Assembly (NCBI GenBank): GCA_965235115.1 | Contig: OZ249436.1 | Span: 18,354,001-18,418,000 of the forward strand | DNA: 64,000 nt | Direction of reading: 5' to 3' | DNA from: Laetmonice hystrix | Lineage: Eukaryota | Shown here: piece by piece, positions 38,001-47,415 of the stretch | Layout: the number at the start of each line of letters is the position of its first letter | Numbering within the stretch: position 1 is the stretch's first letter | Translations under genes and position numbers: made by a program | Notes under the pieces: model-generated | The model's input: only the letters and a program-made list of their open reading frames with translations | Databases searched by the model: none | What the model was told of the DNA's origin: nothing

Positions 38001-41000
38001 AAAAAAGTGTCGCTCTTGGCCAAACGTGGCATTGTTGCAATAATCAAAGAATAGTAAATTTATCAAGTGTGCCATAATTGGGAGCGTAAGTGTGTCATGT
38101 CACATTACGCGATTCGATGAGAAATGTGGTTTGGAGGCCGAAACTGATGACAGCCAAATTCTGCTTCCGGTCATTTAGCATTCGTAGGCCCATTGAAAAA
38201 ACTTGAAAAAAAAATTATAACTCCACAATTATTGTTCTCTTTGTTAACAGACTTACCATGCGGCGGAACCAACATCTCTTATGTCAGAAAAAATACATTT
38301 CATACTTAAGACGTATTTAATTGTCAAAAGAAAGGCCAATATTTGGGGAGGTTCACCCAATGTTAAACAAATGGCAATGGGGAATTGTGATGTAATGGAT
38401 ACTGCATGTTGCCAGTTATACCATAACGTTTTGATGACTATGTCATGAGGCTTATGCTCCCTATAGTCAAGCAGTGTGTTGGAGTTTACTCATGGTGGCC
38501 CCCTTAGTCATAGTTCTGCGTGAGGCCACCAGGTTTTAGGACTAGCAGTAGTTGGTGGAAAAGTGCTCTGCTTAGAGAAGTGAAACTTGTTGGCATTCCC
38601 ATTTTAGCTGATGCCTTCTTCAAGGCTGCTGTATCTGTGATGTCTGAGGTGCCACGCATGATTGAAATTGATGGCAAGCTGCGCCCCACGGATCCACTGC
38701 TGCTGGAGTATGTGTCCAACTTCAGCTCAACGCTCCTCATTTTGCCGGTTAGTTCAATTCTCTATTCACGTGGGCTCAGCAGTGGTCTAAGCCTCTCACC
38801 TCTCACCTTTTCCCCTTTGAGCCAGATGTAAGAAGGTTTGTCAGCAAATACAAACCACTTCTCTATTCTCATCACGCTATGGAAGGCCCTTACACAAGAG
38901 CGTAATTTTGACTGAAAGGGTGGAGCCAGTTTCAAAATTGTTTAAAAAAGGCAGAAGGAATTTGGCGAATACGCTGGCATACGTCGAATAAGTTACGGGT
39001 AAGTTAAGAGCACGCGGATGAATGCTGGGGTATGTCGTAGTACGATGAAGTTGTCGAGAAATTTTGTGCATGCACAAAATTTTTTGACGTATGCCACCCT
39101 GTGGCTTATACGTCCCCTGTACGCGGGACATTTATGCGTAAGTTATGCGATCGTTGACACACGTTTAGACGTTACTTGTAAGTTACTCATAAGTAGACAT
39201 ACGTCAAGATAATGTCTAGCGTACCCAAAACTTATGTCCAACGTATCAGTAACGTGCTTTGAACTTATTTGTAACTTATCTCCAACGCATATTGACGTAT
39301 GCAGATGTATTGGACGTGTTTCAGACGACCACAGAACTTACTGAACGTGTTTCTAACTTACGGCTACCGTATAATGGTGTACTGGTAGTGTTTAGGGAAA
39401 TTGGTATGTAAAAATGGGGTTCACAGGAGGAACCAGTCAGTACTCCTCAAGACCCCATGGTGAATATGTCGTACATTATTGGAATCGTCGAGTGGCAGCC
39501 TTTTTATAGACTGCGTTACGTTATCGTCGGCGATTAGCTGCCACACGCTATGCATACGTTAGACTATTGTTGGGCATACGTTGTGAACGCCGGCAACACA
39601 CTACACATTCGTTGATATATGTTGTCTATAAGTTATCGGAACGTTCTATATAAGTTACTAATACGTTATGTATACGTCCAACTCGTTATGAATACGCTAT
39701 GTATACGCCCAACGTTGAAAAAAAAACATCGAAAGTTCAGCGTATGCCAGCGTTTTAGAGAAATCTTATACGTTGGCATACGCTGGCTAAATCGTCAAGG
39801 TGTGACAGGGCCATAAGGTACCTTGTGACTAAACTGCCTTAAAGATGTATAATTGCACGCACTTCAAGAATCACAGGCTGGTTCTGTCCGACCCAAACGA
39901 TATCATTTGAACTTATTTAACGCGATCCGAAACCTCCACAAGCAATAGGGGCCATGGATAACCATGGTATAGTGCCTTTTACCTGCCACCATCTAATTCC
40001 CACAAAGTCTGTGTGTTAAAAGTAATCCCCGATAGAAACTGAAAGTTGACCGTTTGCCTACTGCGGCCATTTTGCACCAGACACTGCCGTGAGACCTTAA
40101 GAAAATGGCGTCCCTAGAGCCTACCCCATTCCCAATCACTGTGTTGGTCAACCATCTTCACCGACACTATGTACAATAATGGTTACTGGTGAACTCGGAC
40201 CATGGTTATCTCGGCCCATGTCGATTACATGACTTCATGTCCCCTTCATGCGTGCCCTGTCCCAGGCTCCATGCCTCACTCACCCCGACACCCGAGTCAG
40301 GTGGTCAAGTCAACAACGCAACGGGGCAGCACGGTGCTCCCGACGGGCGTGCACTGGTGGTTGGACGGGGCCAGACATGCCAATTTGGTCGATCAACAAC
40401 ATAGTGAAAAATCTCTTACCGGGCGCTTAAACGAACAGAAATTCGTCGCAATACCCTCCAACGCATGAAATGATGGCTGAAAGCTATTATTTATACGGAG
40501 AATTGTCAACTGGGGAATAAAATGTACACTGGTCGGGTCATGGATGGAGTCTGACACAGTAGTGACAGACTACGCGGCAGTCTACGGCCGGGGACATGGC
40601 GTGCACTGGAGCCTCGGGCCACCTTTCAGCACACCCAGGCATATCTTCACGAAGTATCAGCACCAAGTCAGTGGTGTGGTTAGACCTGCTGATCGGTCTC
40701 CTAGTACTATGACACGGATAATCTTACTCGCAGCTCTCAGTCTAGACTCTCTGACTACCTTGTATCCTCACCCGATCTGACAGCTGGTCGAAACTTGCGG
40801 CTCTGGCGACGTCACACTTCCGGGTGACCTGACTGTTTTTGATTGGCTGAATCAATCTACCATGTGATAATGTGATGTAAAATGGCGCCGAGTTCAATTC
40901 TCGGCTAGAGGTAGGGTACTCGTAGTTTAAGGTTGGCATTCTCGTTTATGTGAAACCTATTGACCTGCATTTATTGCTGATGTTATTCTTTATTGTATAA

Positions 41001-44000
41001 GGCATATGGGAAGGTATAAGGTAGCTGGATTGTTGCATTTGGCTTTAACAAGGACCCGGCAAATGACTCATAACAATAGATATTTCTGGGTGGCAACTTG
41101 GGACCCCTTTGCCTCTTGAATTATGGCAGCTCGCTGAAAGTCCGGCTGTTAATGATTTCAAGATCAACTCTCTGAAAGTTTCTGAAGGCAGGTCTGTCCT
41201 CAGCTTCTAGTTCCTTCATTAATGTGTCATATTGCCCGAGGCGTGGTCTCCTCAAAAACCATTCCCTTGACCAGGTGCTCCTTCTCCTCCGTTTTCTTCT
41301 CTGTTCTTCTTCTCTTTCTCTCCTTCTTTTTAGCAGAATCACAGCTGCAAACCGTAATGCAGTGATGCTGGGTTGGTCTTGAACGTTAGCCATCTTTCAG
41401 GAGTGTGTACCCAACTCTAGCGGCCCCAACTCTTTTATACCCGCCCCTTCCATGGCCATCACATGACCACATAATGTCGTAGTGCTGTCCTGACTGTCGT
41501 AGCGCTATCGGCATTGTCGTAGCTCTGTCGTCCAAATGGTAGGTCTGTCGTAGCTAGGTCGGCAAAGTCGCAGCTCTGTCCTAGCTCAGCCGTAGCGCTA
41601 TCGGCCTGATTTTCCGTAGCTCTATCGTAATGGTTATATTACCTATGATATCGTTTTTGCTTGATGTTGAAAGCGTTTGGGGGAAATATAGGAAAATTGT
41701 CATTATTTGTTTAATAATCATCTACTGCAATATTGGTTTCCTACCCATTCCTTATTTTGAAAATAGTTCCACCACTCTTTTAGTCAAAGTCATGCATGTA
41801 GAACCAGCCATCACCACGTTCATCATGGACCAGAGATGGGCTTGTGATAAGGGCCCTGTCTCCCTGACAGCCTGGATTCGATACGGTTTGATCTCTTACT
41901 GTGGCCTATGACATCACAAATCAATTAACTAGGGGTTTTTTTGCTATATAATGTTGCAATATTACACTTGAAAACTCACACTGTAGCTGCCTTGAGTCGA
42001 CCTTACACAGCAATGTGCCAGTAGTCTCAGTGATGTCACAGATCGATGTGCGGCACAACATCTTAGGTATATCCTACTATTTTGCCATCTATACTCTACT
42101 TATTGTTTTATTGAAAGAATAGATGCATTCAAACCTGTAAATTTCCTGGGTGAAAATCGCCGTGGAGGTCTAATCTGACGAAGATTAGATCTGTGAACCT
42201 GGCAATATATGAATATGTTGGGATATTTAAAGTCATTGTCAAAGTTTTTGGACTTTTTTTAATTTCAAAGCTCTCTACAGTTATAATTACAATGTATGAA
42301 GAATATCGTTAAATGAAAGGCAAAAGGAAAATGAAAGGAAAGGTCACAAGTTTTCATACTTTCGTAGCTTTTTTGATAATTTTCAAAAAGAAATGTGATT
42401 TGATGTAGATGGTAAAAGTAAAGTTTATTACATGTTTGCAGGACAATCCTGACCAAGGTGTGCTGTACCTATTGCGTGGCCTGCTCAATGTGCTCACTGA
42501 ACATGTGTGGGATCCACACAGCGATGCGCATGTGATAACCTACATGAATGTTCTTGTCATGCTCTCGGCATCAAGTCAGGAAACGTTCATTTACCATGCA
42601 GACAAAGGTCAGTCTAGTCCGGGGTCAGCAGCGGTATTTATAAATAGTTGCACATGTTCTTTAAACCAGTTGTTAGTATTCGACCATGGTTTCACAAATT
42701 TGTGTACAGAATTAGAAAATCTTGTTATAAAGATTATAAACGTCAGTTAAGAGGAACCATTGGGTCAGTGGTAAAATTGAAGGCCTTTATGAGTGTATAA
42801 TGAGAGCGGTTTAATGATTTCGTTTGGTGTTATCACAGTGGACTCCAACGATGCGTTGTATGGCTACGACCCCAAGTATCTGTTTGAGGTGAAGAAGATC
42901 ACCAACATGTTGCTACAGGAGACGCTGAACCATGTCAGGTCTTTGGAAAAACCAGAGGTACGTCTCCACCTGGGTACGTGACGTAAAGCATTATTTCTTG
43001 CTCACTGAATGTATGAGCGGATTGAGCGAAATGGATGTAGAGTGTAATTTTTTTTTAAATTTTCTCTGCTCGGCCCTTGAACAGTGGTGGATCCAACAGG
43101 GGGCATTGGGGGCACGTGCCCCCCCCCCCCTCCCCAGCAAATCTGAGAACCCCCTTCTTATTTTCCAGGAAATTAGGCCTCTGGCGCTCGCCAGAGGCCT
43201 AATCATATGAGAATTTCAGGAAAATTGTTACGTCTCGGTCCACTGAGGGTCTCCTACGGGGCAGGGGGACTAATGAATGGACCCGTTGGACTTTTCTGCT
43301 CATGGACTATCCATGACTAGGATGAAGTTTGCCTACATACGGGGCAGGGGACTAATGAATGGTCCCTTCCTCCTAGTCATGGATAGTCCAGGAGGACTAT
43401 ATATATCTAAGTTTGGTGACCCAGCGTGACCCCTGAAAACAATTGTAGGAGAACTTCCTACTAGTCTTGGATATTTCAGGAGGAGAAGAGTCCATGGGGA
43501 CCATTCATTAGTCCCCCTGTCCCATAGGGTACCCTCAGTGGACCCAGACGTGACAATTTTCCAGAAATTCTTATATATGATTGGAGTTTGGTGACCCCTG
43601 AAAACAATTGTAGGAGAACTTCCTGCTAGTCATGGATAGTTCATGAGGAGAAGAGTCCATTTCGCAATGGGGCAGCACATTGGATGGGCGGTCCACTGTT
43701 TGATCGTCAAGTATAGCAGCATTACTGATGCGACGAGCGAGAGATGAGCAACCGGCATCCCCCCCGGTTGCGATGGGTCGTCGCAAGCAAATTGCCTGTT
43801 GAATCGCCTAGTGTATCACCGGCTTAAGATGACTCGGGACTGATCTTCTATTCGAGGCCAAACAGTTCAGAAGCATGCATATCTCGTACTTTTACATCCT
43901 GATTTGGTTTGGAGTTGTGTAACATTTGCTTCATGGATGGAACACAAATCTCCATTTTGACATTGCAATAACTTTGTCAGGATGCCATTTCACATGCGCA

Positions 44001-45364
44001 ACACTACAGGGCGCTGCGATCGCTGTCTGTGCAAGGCCAATAGTGCACCCGATGTTTTGTGTTTTATTCAAGCTTTGTATCTGACGAGTCTTCTGTATTA
44101 CTGTTCAGCTGGCTACTTATCTAAGTAAACTGAGATGATTAGACTTGGCTTTTTCACTTTTTTTCCAGACATCTAAGCGTCAAGCAGCTTTAGCTCTGGA
44201 CCTTTTCAACCGAGTGGTGGCCCATGGCGACCTTAATAACCCAGATATGATTTCACAAGCAACTGCTCTTTGGGGAATTATTCAGAAGAGTGGGCAAGTC
44301 GACACCAAATTTAGGGTGAGTACCAGTTGGTCTGACCAGTATCACTTTTAGCTACATGTATATGTGTGAACAAATGAAATGAAGTAGTTCAAACAAAGGT
44401 TTTACTTTGTGTGGACTTACTGTTATTACAGAATTACATATAGGGCCTGTCAAAAAATGTATACACAGTGTACATATATAGAGGGTGTCCCATAAAAATG
44501 GAAACAAAAAAGTATTGCATGATTTGCCAATAGGTGTACAGGGGTCAATTTAGATGGGAGTCTGTGAGTCCGAGACGCCCAAAAATCATGAAGTAGCCAC
44601 CTGAATAGTATGAGTCCGACTGTCTACCAGATATTTACACAGAGATTGATGCAGATCTTAACCCAGGACCAGGTGACGATCGCCCAGTCTCGGTGACCTG
44701 ACTATCTGCTACTCAGCAGCAAATCCCAGGTCAAATCCCAGGAGACTTGTCCGTTCAGGTCTCTGTATAGTATACTAAAAAAAGGACACGGAATGAAACC
44801 TCTTTGACATACTAAGCGGACCCCTTAAAACCATAAAACCTTGACAAGTAGCCACTGTTCTGTATTCATAACTATTAGGAGTCTTGCTAAAAGAAAGACA
44901 TCTGCGGAGACCTTACAATGTGAGAAATAATTCCGGGCACTTGTTTGTATAGACGGAAAATGAGCCTAAGCGCCTATTCAGGCATCCTTGGAATGCAACG
45001 AGGCATTACCCTGTGAATTAAAGTTAGGCCAGTGCGTAACTGGCGTCCTAAGAGCCGGGCCTAGTGGTGTATGCTCTTCAACTATTTTCAACGTTGCAAA
45101 ATCATGTGCTACTTTTTTGTATACGTTTTTATGGGACATGGGTGTATGGGTATAAATATCTGTACTGATATTTTCACCCAGGACTTGACATATCTATGCT
45201 TGGATTCAAAGCATATTGATAATAAAACAGCAACGGATTATGAAGTGACCAGTTTCTTTTTCTAGACGCGGTCTCTCGAGTATGTGCGCCAGCAGGGCTC
45301 CAAGCCTTATGGCAAGGCATTCACAGAGCTGACCAACAGCCTGCCTTTGCAGACCCGGACCTGA
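7904..45364 (+). CDS. VPS35L: VPS35 endosomal protein-sorting factor-like (Retriever subunit); spliced CDS, 25 exons in window, first (ATG) exon not located
   Basis: Hand-spliced translation matches VPS35L hallmarks along its length: [152 protein letters not shown]-terminal LPLQTRT*. All introns GT-AG with compatible phases; exon lengths sum to 2923 nt. Confidence 0.97.
8088..8132 (-). mobile_element. 3' terminus of Helentron/DINE-like element
   Basis: reverse complement reads GAAAATGGGA - ATGATTGC/GCAATCAT hairpin - CTAGTT, same terminus as 58967-59009. Confidence 0.65.
9417..9574. mobile_element. hAT-like MITE with 6-bp TSD
   Basis: CAGTGGGG..TCCAG / CTGGA..CCCCACTG; ATTAAT both sides. 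Confidence 0.75.
10063..11377. mobile_element. Ginger-like non-autonomous element
   Basis: TGT..ACA termini, ~59-bp TIRs with 2 mismatches, 4-bp TSD TAGA. Confidence 0.75.
10313..11176. repeat. 24-bp G-rich minisatellite, ~36 copies
   Basis: unit TCTGGACAGGAGGTGGGTGTG(G/A)GG. Confidence 0.97.
11468..11648 (+). repeat. dispersed repeat with CCCTAA/CCCTAT motifs (second copy 60376-60567)
   Basis: near-identical TATATCGCCCATGATAAC..CATTTCGTGGAAAGTT in both; the 60k copy ends GTTATCATGGG (short TIR). Confidence 0.85.
12692..13582. mobile_element. Harbinger-like MITE
   Basis: TIR GGGGGTGTTTCACTAAC; CTG TSD; GTCGGAC subterminal repeats. Confidence 0.85.
14056..14299. mobile_element. hAT-like MITE with 5-bp TSD inserted in the terminus of a CAGGGTTGCCAAC element
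   Basis: CAGGGGCGCCTGCAG / CTGCAGGCGCCACTG; AACAT both sides. Confidence 0.85.
16006..16194 (+). CDS. VPS35L: VPS35L exon 3
   Basis: tttag|[29 protein letters not shown]|gtgaga. Confidence 0.9.
16744..16906 (+). CDS. VPS35L: VPS35L exon 4
   Basis: tag|[42 protein letters not shown]|gtaaag. Confidence 0.9.
17620..17693 (+). CDS. VPS35L: VPS35L exon 5
   Basis: tgtag|(V)[24 protein letters not shown]|gtgaaa. Confidence 0.9.
17743..18048 (+). repeat. repeat arm, inverted relative to 20292-20572
   Basis: CTGGGTCATTCCAGG..AGATCAAGTCAAAAATCATGATTTCATCAA vs its reverse complement at 20292-20572. Confidence 0.8.
19340..20060. repeat. two diverged ~440-bp tandem units of an interspersed repeat
   Basis: AAAACGGTGCAAGAT..CATGACCTTGAG.GACCTTGAAAGGTCAA..TCTTGCATGAA occurs twice. 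Confidence 0.7.
20729..20857 (+). CDS. VPS35L: VPS35L exon 6
   Basis: cttag|[43 protein letters not shown]|gtaaca. Confidence 0.95.
22341..22425 (+). CDS. VPS35L: VPS35L exon 7
   Basis: aacag|[29 protein letters not shown]|gtaaaa. Confidence 0.95.
22668..22745 (+). CDS. VPS35L: VPS35L exon 8
   Basis: atcag|(G)[26 protein letters not shown]|gtatgt. Confidence 0.92.
22799..23292. mobile_element. MITE flanked by TTAA
   Basis: TIR GCTAGGAACAGACA; shares its right TTAA with the next element. Confidence 0.75.
23297..23632. mobile_element. Kolobok-like MITE with long TIRs
   Basis: TTAA|AGGG..CCCT|TTAA; ~90-bp inverted arms. Confidence 0.85.
23800..23944 (+). CDS. VPS35L: VPS35L exon 9
   Basis: aacag|(E)[49 protein letters not shown]|gtaggt. 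Confidence 0.95.
24093..24303 (-). mobile_element. partial copy of MITE 30023-30288
   Basis: reverse complement aligns to 30023-30241. Confidence 0.85.
24684..24777 (+). CDS. VPS35L: VPS35L exon 10
   Basis: tctag|[31 protein letters not shown]|gtgagt. Confidence 0.95.
25099..25176 (+). CDS. VPS35L: VPS35L exon 11
   Basis: agcag|[26 protein letters not shown]|gtagct. Confidence 0.93.
26908..27077 (+). CDS. VPS35L: VPS35L exon 12
   Basis: tgcag|[58 protein letters not shown]|gtaagc. Confidence 0.95.
27311..27422 (+). CDS. VPS35L: VPS35L exon 13
   Basis: ttcag|[37 protein letters not shown]|gtgagg. Confidence 0.95.
27442..27603. mobile_element. palindromic (foldback) MITE; half copy at 46363-46454
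   Basis: ~78-bp arms, near-perfect inverted repeat. Confidence 0.9.
27863..28136. mobile_element. hAT-like MITE with 5-bp TSD
   Basis: CAGGGTTTCCGCCAGA / TCTGGCGGAAACCGTG; ACATG both sides. Confidence 0.85.
29872..29988 (+). CDS. VPS35L: VPS35L exon 14
   Basis: tacag|[39 protein letters not shown]|gttagc. Confidence 0.95.
30023..30288 (+). mobile_element. hAT-like MITE with 5-bp TSD
   Basis: CACTGGCGGATCCA / TGGATCCGCCTTTG; AAGCT both sides. Confidence 0.85.
30545..30598 (+). CDS. VPS35L: VPS35L exon 15
   Basis: tgcag|[18 protein letters not shown]|gtaagt. Confidence 0.95.
30899..31042 (+). CDS. VPS35L: VPS35L exon 16
   Basis: cttag|[48 protein letters not shown]|gtacaa. Confidence 0.95.
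31472..31557 (+). CDS. VPS35L: VPS35L exon 17
   Basis: ttcag|[30 protein letters not shown]|gtgaga. Confidence 0.95.
31841..31921 (+). CDS. VPS35L: VPS35L exon 18
   Basis: ttcag|[28 protein letters not shown]|gtaggt. Confidence 0.95.
32968..33890 (-). pseudogene. Gypsy/Ty3 reverse-transcriptase fragment
   Basis: [72 protein letters not shown]; internal deletions. Confidence 0.92.
33917..34123. repeat. palindromic MITE-like segment
   Basis: ATAAGATACGAGGGT.CAGGAGCAAC..AAGCATGTTAGAAGGGCCTTAAAGAA arms inverted. Confidence 0.75.
34554..34716 (+). CDS. VPS35L: VPS35L exon 19
   Basis: tccag|[54 protein letters not shown]|gtaaac. Confidence 0.95.
36455..36532 (+). CDS. VPS35L: VPS35L exon 20
   Basis: tgcag|[26 protein letters not shown]|gtcagt. 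Confidence 0.95.
36701..36815 (+). CDS. VPS35L: VPS35L exon 21
   Basis: tgcag|[39 protein letters not shown]|gtaact. Confidence 0.95.
38608..38747 (+). CDS. VPS35L: VPS35L exon 22
   Basis: tttag|(A)[46 protein letters not shown]|gttagt. Confidence 0.95.
38885..39812. mobile_element. non-autonomous TIR element (Harbinger-like ends)
   Basis: GGCCCT.ACAC / GTGTGACAGGGCC; subterminal CGCTGGCATACG / CGTATGCCAGCG. Confidence 0.55.
41121..41393 (-). pseudogene. PIF/Harbinger transposase N-terminal fragment
   Basis: [42 protein letters not shown], the W..R..G.Y..L..EL..ED...F.NF.R motif; GTCGTAGC repeats at 41470-41630. Confidence 0.75.
42442..42607 (+). CDS. VPS35L: VPS35L exon 23
   Basis: tgcag|[56 protein letters not shown]|gtcagt. 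Confidence 0.95.
42839..42957 (+). CDS. VPS35L: VPS35L exon 24
   Basis: cacag|(V)[39 protein letters not shown]|gtacgt. Confidence 0.95.
43207..43576. mobile_element. MITE with ~80-bp TIRs
   Basis: GAATTTC.GGAAAATTGT.ACGTCT.GGTCCACTGAGGGT..GGGGGACTAATGAATGG inverted at both ends. Confidence 0.75.
44169..44315 (+). CDS. VPS35L: VPS35L exon 25
   Basis: tccag|[49 protein letters not shown]|gtgagt. Confidence 0.93.
45266..45364 (+). CDS. VPS35L: VPS35L last coding exon
   Basis: tctag|[32 protein letters not shown] (human also ends LPLQTRT). Confidence 0.95.
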   Translation, partial: TRSLEYVRQQGSKPYGKAFTELTNSLPLQTRT

Positions 45365-45578
45365 AGCAGGGCTCCACGCAGTCTAAAGTTCCTTTTCAAT
45401 ACCAACAGACTGATCACACGCAGTTTCACTCTTGCTAATATAAATCGTAAACTAGAAAACCTTATCTTAATATATGACCTGAAGCGATGCAAGTGTAGGC
45501 TACTGAATGATAAAAGAAACATTTATAAAGACGTATAGAACACATGAAGTAATATCTCGCTCTGTCTTGTGAATCTAT

Positions 45579-45584
45579 AATAAA
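45579..45584 (+). promoter_or_regulatory. candidate polyadenylation signal of VPS35L
   Basis: AATAAA ~215 nt after the stop, followed by ATTAAA at 45588. Confidence 0.55.
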
Positions 45585-45682
45585 AGGATTAAATACAAAT
45601 GAACGCAAGGATTTGTCTCATAATGGTCAATGATGCATGTCTCCAGTTGTCAATGCAGTAATCATATACTCCACAGCATGTG

Positions 45683-46229
45683 CAGACCTGCCAAGTCCCC
45701 CGGTTTCACCGGGGGACTCCCGGTTTTTAACCTGATCCCCCGTCCCCCCGGTATGTCACAATTTTCTCACGGTAAATTGAAAACTCATGTATGCACACAA
45801 ATATACACAAAACACAAGAAAAAAGATAGATTGGACAATTTTAAGTTTAAAATATAATAAAAAAATGTTTGAGTATGTTTTAAGTACATGTAGCAACTAT
45901 ATGCAACGCAGAACACTAAAAAAGGATACACGAAGAGAAAAGAAACAACATAAAGGAGCAGATGTCTTAGGACAATTTTTTATTTTAAATTTATTAAACT
46001 GATGGTATGTAAGTTGTGTACTTCATGTGTAGAATGTAGTGGCTCCATACTAACGTTTCTCCCCCACTCATATGTCTATATCAGCTTCATAATGTAGTCT
46101 CCAGGTTTTCCCCCAAAATCTCCAGGTTTCCCCCCCAAAATCCCCCGGTTTTCCTCCCAATTTCCAGGTTTTTGGACACCAACTTTTAAAAATCTCCCGG
46201 TTTCTTCTCTCTGTAGGTTGGCAGGTCTG
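45683..46229. mobile_element. hAT-like non-autonomous element
   Basis: TIR CAGACCTGCCAA; CATGTG both sides. Confidence 0.85.
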
Positions 46230-46454
46230 CATGTGCCCTTTAAAATCCTCAATATACATAAAATGCCCAACATGCATGTCTCGAGTTACCAATACAGTAA
46301 TGATATGACTCCAATGTACACCTTTAAAATTCTCAATATGTGGGAATAATGTCAATATACATACTGTTGGTTACTGTAACCAGCAGCCTTCCCTTCACTG
46401 CTATGTTAACTTAACGATCTGGTTATTAACCAGCCTTTAGTGAGACGGGCCACA

Positions 46455-46657
46455 GGATCCCAAAACGTGTATTTATTCTTACATGGTCTTTCATTATAGA
46501 AACCCTTAAGTACTCTGACTGTTATTGGATGGGAACCGAATTGGAACCCGTCTATGGGCTCCATTAGCATAGACAAGGTACTGCTCATCTGATTTAGTGC
46601 CGAGAACTGATAACCCTTGTCAAACATATATAACAGAAACGACAGTCCATCATTCAA
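46455..46657 (-). pseudogene. DIRS tyrosine-recombinase N-terminal fragment
   Basis: FLLYMFDKGYQFSALNQMSSTLS..GSHPITVRVLKGFYNERP..Y.FWD. Confidence 0.75.
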
Positions 46658-46804
46658 ATTTTCCTTTAAAGGGTTCAGACCTTTTTCTACACAATAGACC
46701 CTCCAGTTTTTGTGCCAGGTATTGTACGCACTTCTAGTGCTCCACCGCCAAGAGTGCAGATAATGTCCAACTACTTTGCAGGGAAGCCCCAGCGTATGAA
46801 CCTA

Positions 46805-47287
46805 AAGTCCCGGCCACACAGAGCCGACTACCCCCAACCCGATGGTCGGAGGCCTGGGGAGTCCAAATCAGCCAACTACTCAGTCAGTCTGATATTATGC
46901 CCAACCATGCCACACTGAATGCGATTCGAAAGTCAGGAGTGGGATGCCACACTAGCGACACCACTCGTGACCAGTATATACTATTGTAACTATTCATTCC
47001 CCTAGCGGTAGTTCCCACTCCGCCATGTGCGCGCTGTGATTGGCTGGTAAGCAGCCCGACTGTTGAGTCTGGTCGTTAGGTATGCCACACAGGTCCGACT
47101 AGGCCCGACCAGACCAAACCGTTTGGTCGCTCATCTTGTGCAGGACAAGATGAACGACCGGACTGGCCAGTCGGTGAAAAACACCCGACTACGGCCGACT
47201 GACCATGCCAGACAGGGCCGACTACCCCCGACTCGACTCCCCCAGACCATCGGGTCGGGGGTAGTCGGCTCTGTGTGGTCGGGCCTT
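46805..47287. mobile_element. MITE
   Basis: ~40-bp TIR CCCG.CCACACAGAGCCGACTACCCCC.ACCCGATGGTC. Confidence 0.8.
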
Positions 47288-47415
47288 TACTCGTAAACAT
47301 GCACGCTTCCAGTGGACGGACGCTGAGCATGCAGCATTCCTTCAACTGTGCAGTGCACTCATGACAGGTCCTATTCTTGCCCATCCAGATACCCGTCAAC
47401 CTTACCACCTCTATA